Assembly: GCA_002499585.1 (NCBI GenBank)
Contig: DAMH01000009.1
Location: forward strand, 3,396 to 67,395
DNA from: Euryarchaeota archaeon UBA552
GTDB lineage: Archaea; Thermoplasmatota; Poseidoniia; Poseidoniales; Thalassarchaeaceae
DNA length: 64,000 nt
Direction: 5' to 3'
The translations under genes were made by a program, and so were the position numbers. This document shows, in pieces, positions 1 to 9,715 of this stretch; position 1 is the first letter of the stretch, and each line of letters begins with the position of its first letter. The notes under the pieces were generated by a model, which saw nothing but the letters and a program-made list of their open reading frames with translations, was not told the origin of the DNA and searched no databases.

Positions 1-2
1 GC

Positions 3-893
3 AAAAACGGAGATGTTCACGGTATTATTGCCCCGGAAAACTGGCGTGAAGCGTACTCATTAGGAACTAAGTATGAACTAATGGAGATAGGAAGAAAAGG
101 AAACGTCAAAAATCCGATTCTTGATGTGACAATAGACCCAGTCGACCCAGTAATTTCTGAGCCAAGGATCTTTTCAACCCTAAACTCTGACCGGATGGCC
201 AGAATCCTCGCCACTAGGGGGGTACCCATGGTGAATATGCCAGTCATCGAGCTTCAGACGATTGCTAAAAACTGGCCATTTCTGAAGATTGATGGTTCCT
301 CGCCCAAATCAACATGGCCGATACTCGTCTTGACATCCCCCTTTTCTGTCAGAGCAACTACAGAGATGCTCGATGAGATACCAAATCTCTCAAGAATAGC
401 CTGGTTGGCGATTGGAGAAGGTACAGCTCGCGCCTGCTTTCGCGCTGGCCATCCAGCTTCAATCTGCGCGGATGCGCGGAACCGGGATGAATTGTTTGAA
501 TTCATTGTCAAGAATCTTCAAAAAAACACCCCTCTATACATCCCGATGTCGACTTCAGCCCCAAAAGACTTCCCTTCATCACTCCGGAGTGCAGGATACG
601 AAGTGTTTGATTGGAATGCCTACAGCAACAACCCGAGACAAATATCGGAGGCAGAGATAACCATGAGTGACTTGCTGTTGATATCTTCTCCTTCCTCAGC
701 GATATCTTGGGCCAAAAATGGATTACCAGTGCCGGAAAAAGTGATCTGTATGGGACAGTCCACGAAAACATCAATTGAATTGCTAGATGCCTTTAGTAAC
801 AGCGAAGTGAGCGTCCTAAACGGGCCTACATTAAAGGCGATATCAGACTTCTGGAATAAGAATGGGGGGGAAGAAAATGAGGCTCAGGATTAA
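3..893 (+). CDS. hemD: uroporphyrinogen-III synthase (HemD) domain; the frame is open to the left window edge, so it is 5'-partial and possibly a HemC-HemD fusion
   Basis: ORF 81..893 continues in frame with no stop back to nt 3. It shows the HemD two-lobe pattern (ILVLTSPFSVRAT, LAIGEGTARACFRAGH, LLLISSPSSAISWA, ICMGQSTKTS). The upstream in-frame residues NGDVHGIIAPENWREAYSLGTKYELMEIG resemble the end of a HemC domain 3. It is the first gene of a hem cluster. Confidence 0.7.
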   Translation, partial: KNGDVHGIIAPENWREAYSLGTKYELMEIGRKGNVKNPILDVTIDPVDPVISEPRIFSTLNSDRMARILATRGVPMVNMPVIELQTIAKNWPFLKIDGSSPKSTWPILVLTSPFSVRATTEMLDEIPNLSRIAWLAIGEGTARACFRAGHPASICADARNRDELFEFIVKNLQKNTPLYIPMSTSAPKDFPSSLRSAGYEVFDWNAYSNNPRQISEAEITMSDLLLISSPSSAISWAKNGLPVPEKVICMGQSTKTSIELLDAFSNSEVSVLNGPTLKAISDFWNKNGGEENEAQD

Positions 894-1845
894 CCGCTGG
901 ACTCCTGCCAGACGGGATCTAATATTTGGTCGCAAAATTAAGCACTCATTAGTTCAACCTCATTTCGTTGTTGCGGGCCAGAATGTCGATGATCCAATCC
1001 AAGGGATGTCAGGAATCAACCGCCAATCCACCGATATTCTAATGCAAACCATCGAATCGGACATGAAAATGGGCTTGACTTCGCATATGATATTCTTAGT
1101 GATGGATGACCAAATGAAAGACTCAACGGCATCATACGCATCTGACCACACATCACCACTTCACAACACTGTCAGATTACTAAAAGATCGATACGGTGAC
1201 GACATCGTCGTGATGACGGACGTGTGCCTTTGCACTGGCACCGATCATGGGCATTGCGGAATCGTCAAGGAGGAAAGAATCGAGAACGATGCGACAGTCG
1301 AAGAGCTTGTAAAAATCGGAATATCCCATGCTAAAGACGGTGCAGACTACATCTCAGCTTCAGACATGATGGACGGCCGCATTCTCCGTCTAAGGGAGGA
1401 ACTAGACAAACACGGTTTTCATTCGACTGGAATTATGTCTTACTCTGTTAAATATGCATCATCTTTCTATGGACCATTTAGAGAGGCAGCCGATTCAAGC
1501 CCAGAATTTGGTGACCGAAAAAGTCACCAAATGGACGTACGGTCAGGATATTCCGAAGCTATAATGGAGGCTCTGACCGATGAGAAAGAGGGCGCAGATA
1601 TAATCATGATAAAACCAGGACTTCCATATTTGGACGTACTGAGAAAAGTGGCAGATGCGGTAAACAGGCCGATGGCCGTATACAATGTGAGCGGAGAATA
1701 TTCAATGGTCATGGAAGGGAACAGAGACATTCACAAAAGAGAACGAATAATTCGCGAGATATTCAATGCATTCAGACGTGCTGGTGCAGACGTAATAGTC
1801 AGTTACCACGCTCGAGAGGCTGCAACCCATGGATGGCTTGAGTGA
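877..1845 (+). CDS. hemB: porphobilinogen synthase (delta-aminolevulinate dehydratase)
   Basis: Cys-rich Zn site DVCLCTGTDHGHCG, plus MSYSVKYASSFYGPFREAA, IMIKPGLPYLDVL and VYNVSGEYSM. ATG at 877 (alternative 862) overlaps the hemD stop at 891-893. Confidence 0.9.
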   Translation: MRLRINRWTPARRDLIFGRKIKHSLVQPHFVVAGQNVDDPIQGMSGINRQSTDILMQTIESDMKMGLTSHMIFLVMDDQMKDSTASYASDHTSPLHNTVRLLKDRYGDDIVVMTDVCLCTGTDHGHCGIVKEERIENDATVEELVKIGISHAKDGADYISASDMMDGRILRLREELDKHGFHSTGIMSYSVKYASSFYGPFREAADSSPEFGDRKSHQMDVRSGYSEAIMEALTDEKEGADIIMIKPGLPYLDVLRKVADAVNRPMAVYNVSGEYSMVMEGNRDIHKRERIIREIFNAFRRAGADVIVSYHAREAATHGWLE

Positions 1846-1853
1846 GGTGCAAT

Positions 1854-3149
1854 ATGGAACGTGTAGAGTCTAATAAGTTGCATCAGGAGGCACTTTCACA
1901 TCTCGTAGGAGGAGTCAACTCCCCTGTTAGAGCATTCAAATCCGTCCATGGAGATCCAATCTATTTTGAGCATGCATCTGGAGCGATTGTGACAGATGTG
2001 GATGGTAACGAATTTGTGGACTTCGTTCAATCTTGGGGTCCTTTAATTCACGGACATGCCCATCCAGAAATACTACAGAACGTGTACGAGAAAATGCAGA
2101 AAGGCACGTCTTTTGGTGCCCCCCATCTCGGAGAAATTGAACTCGCCAAGCATGTAAAGAACAGATTCAGCCACATGGATATGGTACGGTTCGTCTCTTC
2201 TGGGACCGAGGCTGTGATGAGCGCGATCCGACTGGCTAGAGGTTACACTGAGCGTGAGATCCTAGTGAAATTCGACGGTTGCTATCATGGTCACGTCGAC
2301 TCGCTGATGGTCAACGCGGGAAGTGGAATGGCCACGTTCGGCATAGCAAGCAGTCCAGGTATCCCGCGCGATATTGCTGGAACTACGCTCATAGCTCCCT
2401 TGGGTGACAAGGATGCCATAGAATACCTTTTCAGACAACACGGCGGAGAAATTGCTGCAATAGTGATAGAACCCCTCCCTGCAAACAATGGTTTGTTAGT
2501 TCAAGATCATCACTTCCTTCAGTACCTCAGAGAAACTTGTGACGAACATGGATCCATGCTGATTTTTGACGAAGTAATTTCGGGCTTCAGATTCAAGGAC
2601 GGAAGTTACGGAGACATGTGTGGTGTTACACCAGACATCTCGGCACTCGGTAAAGTGATTGGTGGAGGTTTGCCGGTCGGTGCGTATGGTGCCAGGAAAG
2701 AAATCATGGAGAACCTATCTCCCCTTGGACCGGTTTATCAAGCTGGGACCCTGTCTGGTAACCCACTGGCCATGGCAGCCGGGTCAAAGACCCTGGATTT
2801 ACTGGATGAGGAAGCCTATGATTATCTCGAATATCTCGGCAGTCAGTTAGAGAAGGAAGTCACAACTGTACTTGAAAAGCACGGAAATCCAATGAGGCTG
2901 GTTAGGTTAGGAAGCCTGTTTTGGCTCTCCCCCGGGTCAGGGGAACCTCCCGTCCGGGCCGACCAAATCCCAAAGAATGCAGGAGAATTGTACGCAGATG
3001 TCCATCATGGCTTGCTGGAGATGGGCTACATGCTCGCCCCTTCAGCGTATGAGATCGGTTTCCTCTCGACTGCACACAAAGAACACCACATAAGCGGCAT
3101 GTCACACGCACTGGATCAAGTTCTCGCGCGGCTAGAGGTAGGGACATGA
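1854..3149 (+). CDS. hemL: glutamate-1-semialdehyde 2,1-aminomutase
   Basis: LVGGVNSPVRAFKSV and PLP-lysine context DISALGKVIGGGLPVGAYG. ATG 1854 is preceded by GAGGTG. The ORF-track start 1842 is a GTG overlapping the hemB stop. Confidence 0.9.
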   Translation: MERVESNKLHQEALSHLVGGVNSPVRAFKSVHGDPIYFEHASGAIVTDVDGNEFVDFVQSWGPLIHGHAHPEILQNVYEKMQKGTSFGAPHLGEIELAKHVKNRFSHMDMVRFVSSGTEAVMSAIRLARGYTEREILVKFDGCYHGHVDSLMVNAGSGMATFGIASSPGIPRDIAGTTLIAPLGDKDAIEYLFRQHGGEIAAIVIEPLPANNGLLVQDHHFLQYLRETCDEHGSMLIFDEVISGFRFKDGSYGDMCGVTPDISALGKVIGGGLPVGAYGARKEIMENLSPLGPVYQAGTLSGNPLAMAAGSKTLDLLDEEAYDYLEYLGSQLEKEVTTVLEKHGNPMRLVRLGSLFWLSPGSGEPPVRADQIPKNAGELYADVHHGLLEMGYMLAPSAYEIGFLSTAHKEHHISGMSHALDQVLARLEVGT

Positions 3150-4177
3150 ATGGAAGAGAGAGAATTACCGCTGCACTCAATTTGCAGCCTGTCGATCGAA
3201 CCCCAATTTGGTTCATGCGTCAAGCCGGACGTCACCTCCCAGAGTACAGAAAAATAGCGTCAGAACACTCATTTTGGGACAGGTGTAAAAATACAGAGTT
3301 GTGCGCAGAAATCACCCTTCAGCCGATAAAAAGGTATCAAAAATTAGACGCCGCAATCGTATTCAGCGATATATTGACGCCGCTCCCCAGTTTAGGTTAT
3401 GACGTGCATTACGGAAACGGGATCAGAATCGATCAATTCAAACTTGACGATGTCGATGAATGGCCAGAATTCAATGCCAGAAAACACGCACCATGGGCAG
3501 CAGACGGCCTAAAGTCAGTGGGTGAAAAAGTTGGCGATTCCGTTGCGAAATTAGGTTTTGCTGGATCTCCTTGGACAGTTTGTATGTACTTGATATCTGG
3601 AGGAACGGGGGACAAGGATTTCCACAACGCGAGGGCAAAGGTCTTCTCAAATCCTCAAAAATCAAAAAAGATGTTGATAAAAATGGGCGAGATCGTTGGA
3701 GACCTAATGGCCGATCAAGTCGTTTATGGCGGCGCAGATGCTGTCCAATTCTTCGATACATGGGCCGGTCTGTTGCCATCAGATTTGTATGAGAAATTCG
3801 CAATGCCAGCCACTCAACGTGCTATTGAGGTATTCAAAGAGAAAGCGGGCGGAAACACCCCGATAATTCACTATGCCAAAGGCTCGGGACACCTTCATGA
3901 CAGCATAAGAAAACTTGACATCAATGCCATATCTCTTGACTGGAGAGACGACCTAGCATACAATCGTTCCAAATATGGCAAGGATTTCGCATTCCAAGGA
4001 AACCTAGACCCCTCCCATCTCCATGGATCAACAGAGGCAGCCAGAAATGCCACTGAAAAAGTTATGAGAGCTGCTGGCCGATCTCCCGGGCATATTTTCA
4101 ATCTTGGCCACGGTTTCGCTCCCTCTGCAAGGATCGAATGTGTGGAAGAAGTGATCAGAGTCGTTACGGGTGCTTGA
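3146..4177 (+). CDS. hemE: uroporphyrinogen decarboxylase
   Basis: N-terminal signature [20 protein letters not shown] start/stop overlap with hemL at 3146-3149. Confidence 0.9.
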   Translation: MNGRERITAALNLQPVDRTPIWFMRQAGRHLPEYRKIASEHSFWDRCKNTELCAEITLQPIKRYQKLDAAIVFSDILTPLPSLGYDVHYGNGIRIDQFKLDDVDEWPEFNARKHAPWAADGLKSVGEKVGDSVAKLGFAGSPWTVCMYLISGGTGDKDFHNARAKVFSNPQKSKKMLIKMGEIVGDLMADQVVYGGADAVQFFDTWAGLLPSDLYEKFAMPATQRAIEVFKEKAGGNTPIIHYAKGSGHLHDSIRKLDINAISLDWRDDLAYNRSKYGKDFAFQGNLDPSHLHGSTEAARNATEKVMRAAGRSPGHIFNLGHGFAPSARIECVEEVIRVVTGA

Positions 4178-5087
4178 TGTGCGACAACAAATGATTGACA
4201 TGGTATATCGAATCCAAGACCTAATCTGTGCCGATTTGTCTACACTGGACGATTCCAACTTTCGGGAAGATGTATGGTCAAGAAAAGAGGGCGGCGGCGG
4301 TAGGAGTAGAGTATTCTCCGGAGGGAAAGTATTCGAAAAGGCAGGCGTCAATGTCAGTGTAGTCTATGGAACTCTGGAACCCGAAGCCGCCAAGGCCATG
4401 GGCGGAGGAAAAAAATCGAGTGACAATGACCTAGACTTCTTCGCGACAGGTATCAGCTTAGTCCTCCATCCACACAACCCAATGGCCCCGTCAGTGCATG
4501 CCAATTACAGGTATTTCGAGCGAGGTGATGGTCAAAGTGACGGGAGTTGGTGGTTTGGAGGCGGCGCAGATCTGACCCCCAGCTATCTATTCGAGGAGGA
4601 TATCCGTCACTTCCACTCAGTTCTGAAAGCCTCATGTGATCGTCATGAAGTAGCCAGTTACTCCAAATTTAAGGCGTGGTGTGATGAGTATTTTTTCATT
4701 CCCCACAGAGGCGAGTGTCGAGGGGTTGGAGGAATATTCTTCGATGACTTGAATCAAAAAGACAGACAATCCTGTTTCGATTTTGTGGAGGACTGTGCGA
4801 GTTCGTTCCTTGACTCATATATGCCCATCGTAAAAAAGAGGAAGGAGATGCCATTCACCGAGAAGAATAAACAATGGCAACAGTTACGGAGAGGGAGATA
4901 TGTCGAATTTAATTTGGTCTATGACAGAGGGACCACCTTTGGACTGAGGACCAATGGAAGAATAGAGAGCATATTGATGTCCCTGCCGCTGACTGCGAGG
5001 TGGGAGTACTGCCATGAAGTTGAGCCAGGATCCAGAGAAGATGATTTAATGTCAGTCGTGAAAAATCCAGTTGAGTGGCTGCAGTGA
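4170..5087 (+). CDS. hemF: oxygen-dependent coproporphyrinogen-III oxidase
   Basis: [34 protein letters not shown] and [20 protein letters not shown]. The GTG start at 4170 overlaps the hemE stop (4175-4177); alternative ATG at 4191. Confidence 0.9.
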   Translation: MLDVRQQMIDMVYRIQDLICADLSTLDDSNFREDVWSRKEGGGGRSRVFSGGKVFEKAGVNVSVVYGTLEPEAAKAMGGGKKSSDNDLDFFATGISLVLHPHNPMAPSVHANYRYFERGDGQSDGSWWFGGGADLTPSYLFEEDIRHFHSVLKASCDRHEVASYSKFKAWCDEYFFIPHRGECRGVGGIFFDDLNQKDRQSCFDFVEDCASSFLDSYMPIVKKRKEMPFTEKNKQWQQLRRGRYVEFNLVYDRGTTFGLRTNGRIESILMSLPLTARWEYCHEVEPGSREDDLMSVVKNPVEWLQ

Positions 5088-5097
5088 GGTTTCCAGA

Positions 5098-6354
5098 ATG
5101 TATTCGCTTGAACAGTGGGTCAGATATGGCGATGAGATCAGAAGACCCTTTCATGTGAACCCTAATTTACCCAAATCAACGAGGATTGTGATTGTTGGAG
5201 GAGGCCTGTCCGGTCTATCAACAGCCTTTCTTATTGCGAGGAAAAGGCAGGATGTTTCTATTGAAATAATTGAGAAAGAAAATCGCTTGGGCGGCGTGAT
5301 CGACACGTGGAGGAGTGATGAATGGTGCTGTGATGTAGCTGTAAATGCCACCCGACCCCATCCCTCTGTATGGAGATTAGTCAAATATTTGGGCCTTGAG
5401 AAAGAATTCTCCCAGTCTCGTCCAGAAGCCAGAAAACGATGGATTCACGATGGTAACCAAGCACGCAGATTGAGTCCGATATCGGCATTAAAGATTGGCC
5501 CCATCAGACTGGCAAGATCCGTAAAAAAAGCCAGAAAAGGTGGCAGATCCGTCATGGATCTAATACCAGACAAAGAAGTTGCAGATGCATTGACCCTCGG
5601 CGTTGTAAATGATGTAGCGATAAACGTAGATGCGGATTTCCTCTTCCCGACCCTTACACGCTTCGGAGCAAAACCTCCAAAAAGATGGTCAGGAATTAAA
5701 AAAGAAATGATGCGCACCTTTCCAATATTCACACCTACAAAAAACTCAATGTCATCATTTGAAGGTGGAATGTCAACCCTCACAGAGAAAATGATAACCT
5801 TGCTGATGCAGATGAGTAATGTAAACATCTCACTCAATACTCGTTTCAAAACACCATCAGAAGCAGCGAATCATTTCAATGTAGAACAGTCCTCTGTTAT
5901 CTGGACTGCTCCATTGGATGTCAGAGAGCCAGATAACAAAATATCAGTATTTGCTGTAGGCTACAACGAGTCGGATGTCGAATCGGTAGAGACAGGCTAT
6001 GGCACACTGATTCCAAACTCGGATATCCCAGTGAGCGGAATCCTACATGAAAGTGATATCCATTCCTCAAGAAGGGCCCCAGATGGCTTTCGCCTATTCA
6101 GGATAATGGCCCCACACTCAAGATGGGACGGGGAACAAGCCGAAATCAGAAAATCTGCAAAACAGTTCCTCTCAGATCGTGACCCTGTAATTTTTGAACT
6201 CATAGGTGTGAGGTCCATACCTGCATATCGACCAGGTTACATGGAGCGGATTTCAAATAAGAATCCGAACTACTCGCGGCTGGGTTGGAATTTTTCCGGA
6301 GTCTCGATCACACATGTGATATGCGAGGCGGAACGTGTATCAGATCTCTTTTGA
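5098..6354 (+). CDS. hemY: FAD-dependent protoporphyrinogen/coproporphyrinogen oxidase (HemY/PPOX family)
   Basis: N-terminal Rossmann motif RIVIVGGGLSGLSTAFLIARK followed by NRLGGVIDTW. About 420 aa and last gene of the hem cluster. Start is ATG 5098 or GTG 5071. Confidence 0.7.
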   Translation: MYSLEQWVRYGDEIRRPFHVNPNLPKSTRIVIVGGGLSGLSTAFLIARKRQDVSIEIIEKENRLGGVIDTWRSDEWCCDVAVNATRPHPSVWRLVKYLGLEKEFSQSRPEARKRWIHDGNQARRLSPISALKIGPIRLARSVKKARKGGRSVMDLIPDKEVADALTLGVVNDVAINVDADFLFPTLTRFGAKPPKRWSGIKKEMMRTFPIFTPTKNSMSSFEGGMSTLTEKMITLLMQMSNVNISLNTRFKTPSEAANHFNVEQSSVIWTAPLDVREPDNKISVFAVGYNESDVESVETGYGTLIPNSDIPVSGILHESDIHSSRRAPDGFRLFRIMAPHSRWDGEQAEIRKSAKQFLSDRDPVIFELIGVRSIPAYRPGYMERISNKNPNYSRLGWNFSGVSITHVICEAERVSDLF

Positions 6355-6405
6355 AATAAGCGAGAAAGACAAATCAAATCGTCTCAGGATATCCACTGTT
6401 AACTT

Positions 6406-7320
6406 CTAGCGGGGATCCCCACCTAACGGTTTGAACTGAACTGAACTCGTCACAAAAAGTGTGAGGAGGATGAAAGAAATGAAATAATAATCTTGCTTTA
6501 ATGCTGAAATCAATAGGCCGAAGAGCAGAGACAAAAGACAGATAATCAGTAAGCCTGACAACAAAAACGGTGCTAGTGCGGGACGCGGGTCTATGAATTC
6601 GTACACGTAATAACCACCTTTTCTCCTTGCCTTTATCTCGGCGAATGTCAGATAAACACCCCCCATGATGATACTGAGGCTGATCACAGGCCACCCGAAA
6701 CTCATGCCGCCAAGGAGAAAATCAATCGAAAGTAACAACAGCACCCAATTGTGCATGACTTGCTCATGAGGCTTGAACATGTGATCTTGATCAGATCCTT
6801 GCTTTACCATCGACGGTAGAATCACGTATCTGACAACAACCGAGGTCAGCGATGCCGCTCCGAAGCTGGTTGCGAATAAGGACACCCCCAATCCCTGCAC
6901 CCACTCTGGGGGAGCATAACCAAGGCCGACATATATCGAACCGACACCATTCACAAACATAGACAAACCAAACACAATCATAGTCCAGGCACTGAAAGTG
7001 CCTAATTTTTCTAGTCCGACTGATTTGTGAACTCTAATTTCCAGTTCCTCCCTGAACAAGACTATCATAGTGCTGGGATCAGGATTGCGAATCATCCAAA
7101 ATACTGCAGTGTGGAGGCTGAGATATGCACACCCAAGTCGGAAAAATATCCTCAACCAGGTTTCCATACCCCCTTCCCCGTGGGTATCCATGTAACCAGG
7201 GAATCCGCCATTCCCGAAATTCAACATGAAAAAAAGAACTGATGATATTAAGATCAGTGATAGCAATGTAAGGGAGATAGATGACCTGTCATAACCCTTC
7301 AAATCCAATTTTCTATGCAT
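6406..7320 (-). CDS. polytopic membrane protein, function unknown
   Basis: 304-aa ORF with an ATG start and about 7 hydrophobic segments (e.g. LTLLSLILISSVLFFML, WTMIVFGLSMFVNGVGSIYVGLG, LLSGLLIICLLSLLFGLLISAL). No recognisable catalytic motif. Confidence 0.5.
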   Translation of the reverse strand: MHRKLDLKGYDRSSISLTLLSLILISSVLFFMLNFGNGGFPGYMDTHGEGGMETWLRIFFRLGCAYLSLHTAVFWMIRNPDPSTMIVLFREELEIRVHKSVGLEKLGTFSAWTMIVFGLSMFVNGVGSIYVGLGYAPPEWVQGLGVSLFATSFGAASLTSVVVRYVILPSMVKQGSDQDHMFKPHEQVMHNWVLLLLSIDFLLGGMSFGWPVISLSIIMGGVYLTFAEIKARRKGGYYVYEFIDPRPALAPFLLSGLLIICLLSLLFGLLISALKQDYYFISFILLTLFVTSSVQFKPLGGDPR

Positions 7321-7329
7321 AATAAAAAC

Positions 7330-8337
7330 TCAGAAGTCGAATAGGGTAGGTTTACCTGAGGAACGTATTCTATTTGCGGATGCCAGCCTCTCTATGGCTG
7401 TATTGACTCTTTTCTCACCGAATCCCAACTCAGTTCTCAACATAGAGATAATCCCTTCTTCGTGTCCCTTTGAATAATCTCGGATTTCTCCTTGAATACT
7501 AGGGTGATTGTGGAACAAATCTCGAATATCATTGATGTTTTCAGGCACTTCCAATTGTTTGTGGGAAGCAACTTCCTCCAGCGAACCGAACTTCTTGATC
7601 AGTTTCAAGCCAGTTTTGGGACCCACTCCTCTAAAACCCGGATGGAAGTCGGTTCCTATCATTATTCCCAAATCTACGAATTGGTGGTAATTGATATCTA
7701 AGCTGTCCAGTGTTTCTGAAAGTTCAATTCTCTCTGCACTGAGTACTCGCCCAAATTTCTTCGTACCATGTGCCGTGAGATTCCTGACCATGGTTGGAGC
7801 ACCATACAACAGTGTGTCCCAGTCTTGGCTTGCTACTGCTGATACCCCTCCTCGGCTGCAGATTACTGCTGCGGCCCCCTCGGCCTCCATAGGGGCATCG
7901 ATCCAAACCACTCCCATTAAATCAAAAAGACGTTTGGTATCATCCACCATCTGAGGCGTGTATTCGGCTATCTGGGGGCCGAGCTTCTTAGCACTTGCTA
8001 AATCTCCTGCTTGAACAGCACTCTCCCATTTTGTCCTTGCTTCCGCCTTTCGGGTCCGCCTTTCGCTGAGGGTATCGCGCTTCAACTTCGGTGGGCGGCC
8101 GTCGAACACGAAAATCGGATCAATCCCTTGGGAAACTAGGATTGAGGCCCTATCCAGAAAACCGTAGAGGTGGGCAGTCACCCTCCCCTCGTGTGATAGA
8201 GGCCTGCCATCCGGTCCAGTCAAACTGGTAAGAAATTGATAAGCGTTCAGAAACACATCCACAGCGACGCGCTGACCACTCAACTCAGATAGTCTGAGCG
8301 GGTGAGGTGTAACTAACTCTCTCAAATTACAGCCCAT
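7330..8337 (-). CDS. fen: flap endonuclease 1 (FEN-1)
   Basis: VAVDVFLNAYQFL, FVFDGRPPKLK, APMEAEGAAAVI, and the H3TH region IMIGTDFHPGFRGVGPKTGLKLIKKFGS. Confidence 0.9.
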   Translation of the reverse strand: MGCNLRELVTPHPLRLSELSGQRVAVDVFLNAYQFLTSLTGPDGRPLSHEGRVTAHLYGFLDRASILVSQGIDPIFVFDGRPPKLKRDTLSERRTRKAEARTKWESAVQAGDLASAKKLGPQIAEYTPQMVDDTKRLFDLMGVVWIDAPMEAEGAAAVICSRGGVSAVASQDWDTLLYGAPTMVRNLTAHGTKKFGRVLSAERIELSETLDSLDINYHQFVDLGIMIGTDFHPGFRGVGPKTGLKLIKKFGSLEEVASHKQLEVPENINDIRDLFHNHPSIQGEIRDYSKGHEEGIISMLRTELGFGEKRVNTAIERLASANRIRSSGKPTLFDF

Positions 8338-8406
8338 GACATCTCCCAGTGTAACCCAAGGGACCCTCGCCTTTAGGGTTGAAGGCCTACATCCCTACCG
8401 GGAACC

Positions 8407-9531
8407 ATGGGCAGGATGGTCATTGGCTCGGGCTGGCATCCTAGACTATTCAGAGAAGAGGCCGAAAAAATCCATGGTGCATACAACGCAATACATCCAA
8501 GAATTTTGGAGATACCATCCCCTCGAAAAACAGAAACCTCCTGTTCACTGACTTCAATAACCCTAAAGTCTGCTGTCAAATTACCACTCAAAAAAACAAA
8601 TCTCACCAGATCCCTGCATAGATGGGCTGCTACTACAGACATTGAAGGGTCCTTTGCGGTGAGGTCGATGAAATTAGGAACAGGAATAGCAGGCATATCG
8701 GGGAAAAATCTAGAAAAATTGATCGGTCAGGAATTCTTTCAACGTGGATACAAGGTCGATTTGGAAAATCCTGATACAATCATACGAGTTATCATATCAG
8801 GGGCTCCTGACAGGCCGCAGCACAAGGATACAATGGTCCCAGCCAAAGTTCTAGTAACCGGAATCGAGGAAAAGGCTTCTCTGAATCATATGCAAAATTC
8901 TATGACCTCAATGCCGTTTTTCAAACCCGTAACCCTAGATCCTGCCCTAGCGGGGGTGCTGATCTCACTCGCATACAAGAATGGAGACCCCCCGTCTAGT
9001 ATTGTTGACCCCTTTTGCGGAACCGGATGCATTGCTATACAGGCTAGGAATAGAGGAATACCCGCATACTCAAGCGACTCCGATCCTACTATGGTCGAAG
9101 GCGCGAACCGGAATTTCTCACACGCCTTTGGAGACGACCAAGACAATTACAAATTTCAATTGTCTGATGTATCTGGAATAGCTGGAATTTGGGGAGAAAA
9201 ATCCAATACCGCATTTGTGTTCGACCCTCCTTATGCAAGGAATTCGAAGATTTCCAATGACGCTTTCGAAGTATTTGCTTCTGCATGTCATGCAGCGAAA
9301 AGAATGGATCCACAAGGAACCATAGTGACAATACTCCCTTCACCTGAAATAGGTTTACTCGACCATCTGAAGATTTCTAAACGAACAAATGTCATGGGTG
9401 TCGAATGGGGTTATATTCACCAGAAGCTCGAAGAAATAGGTTGGGGCATAGAACTTGCAATACCGACCCGGGTCCACAAGAGTCTGGTGAGGATAATCAT
9501 CCGAGCTACCGCGATATCCGATCAAGAATAG
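8407..9531 (+). CDS. THUMP-domain tRNA (guanine-N2)-methyltransferase (Trm11/Trm-G10 family)
   Basis: N-terminal THUMP-like segment, then the SAM-MTase motifs VDPFCGTGCIAIQA and FVFDPPYA. Confidence 0.75.
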   Translation: MGRMVIGSGWHPRLFREEAEKIHGAYNAIHPRILEIPSPRKTETSCSLTSITLKSAVKLPLKKTNLTRSLHRWAATTDIEGSFAVRSMKLGTGIAGISGKNLEKLIGQEFFQRGYKVDLENPDTIIRVIISGAPDRPQHKDTMVPAKVLVTGIEEKASLNHMQNSMTSMPFFKPVTLDPALAGVLISLAYKNGDPPSSIVDPFCGTGCIAIQARNRGIPAYSSDSDPTMVEGANRNFSHAFGDDQDNYKFQLSDVSGIAGIWGEKSNTAFVFDPPYARNSKISNDAFEVFASACHAAKRMDPQGTIVTILPSPEIGLLDHLKISKRTNVMGVEWGYIHQKLEEIGWGIELAIPTRVHKSLVRIIIRATAISDQE

Positions 9532-9573
9532 CGAGGCATTGAAAGGCAAAGCCCTGCATAGGGCAACTGGCTC

Positions 9574-9650
9574 GGGCTGTTAGGGTAGTCTGGATATCCT
9601 TCCGGCCTTCGGAGCCGGAGACGTGGGTTCGAATCCTGCACGGCCCGCCA
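9574..9650 (+). tRNA. tRNA-Arg (anticodon TCG), CCA encoded
   Basis: Hand-folded cloverleaf. Acceptor GGGCTGT/ACGGCCC, D arm with GG, anticodon stem CCGGC/GCCGG with loop CTTCGGA, T arm GTGGG-TTCGAAT-CCTGC, discriminator G then CCA. Confidence 0.85.
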
Positions 9651-9715
9651 ACAATCTCCACCGAATCATTGTACGGACACGATTCAGTAGTCTTGAAGAA
9701 AGACCCAGCAGACCA

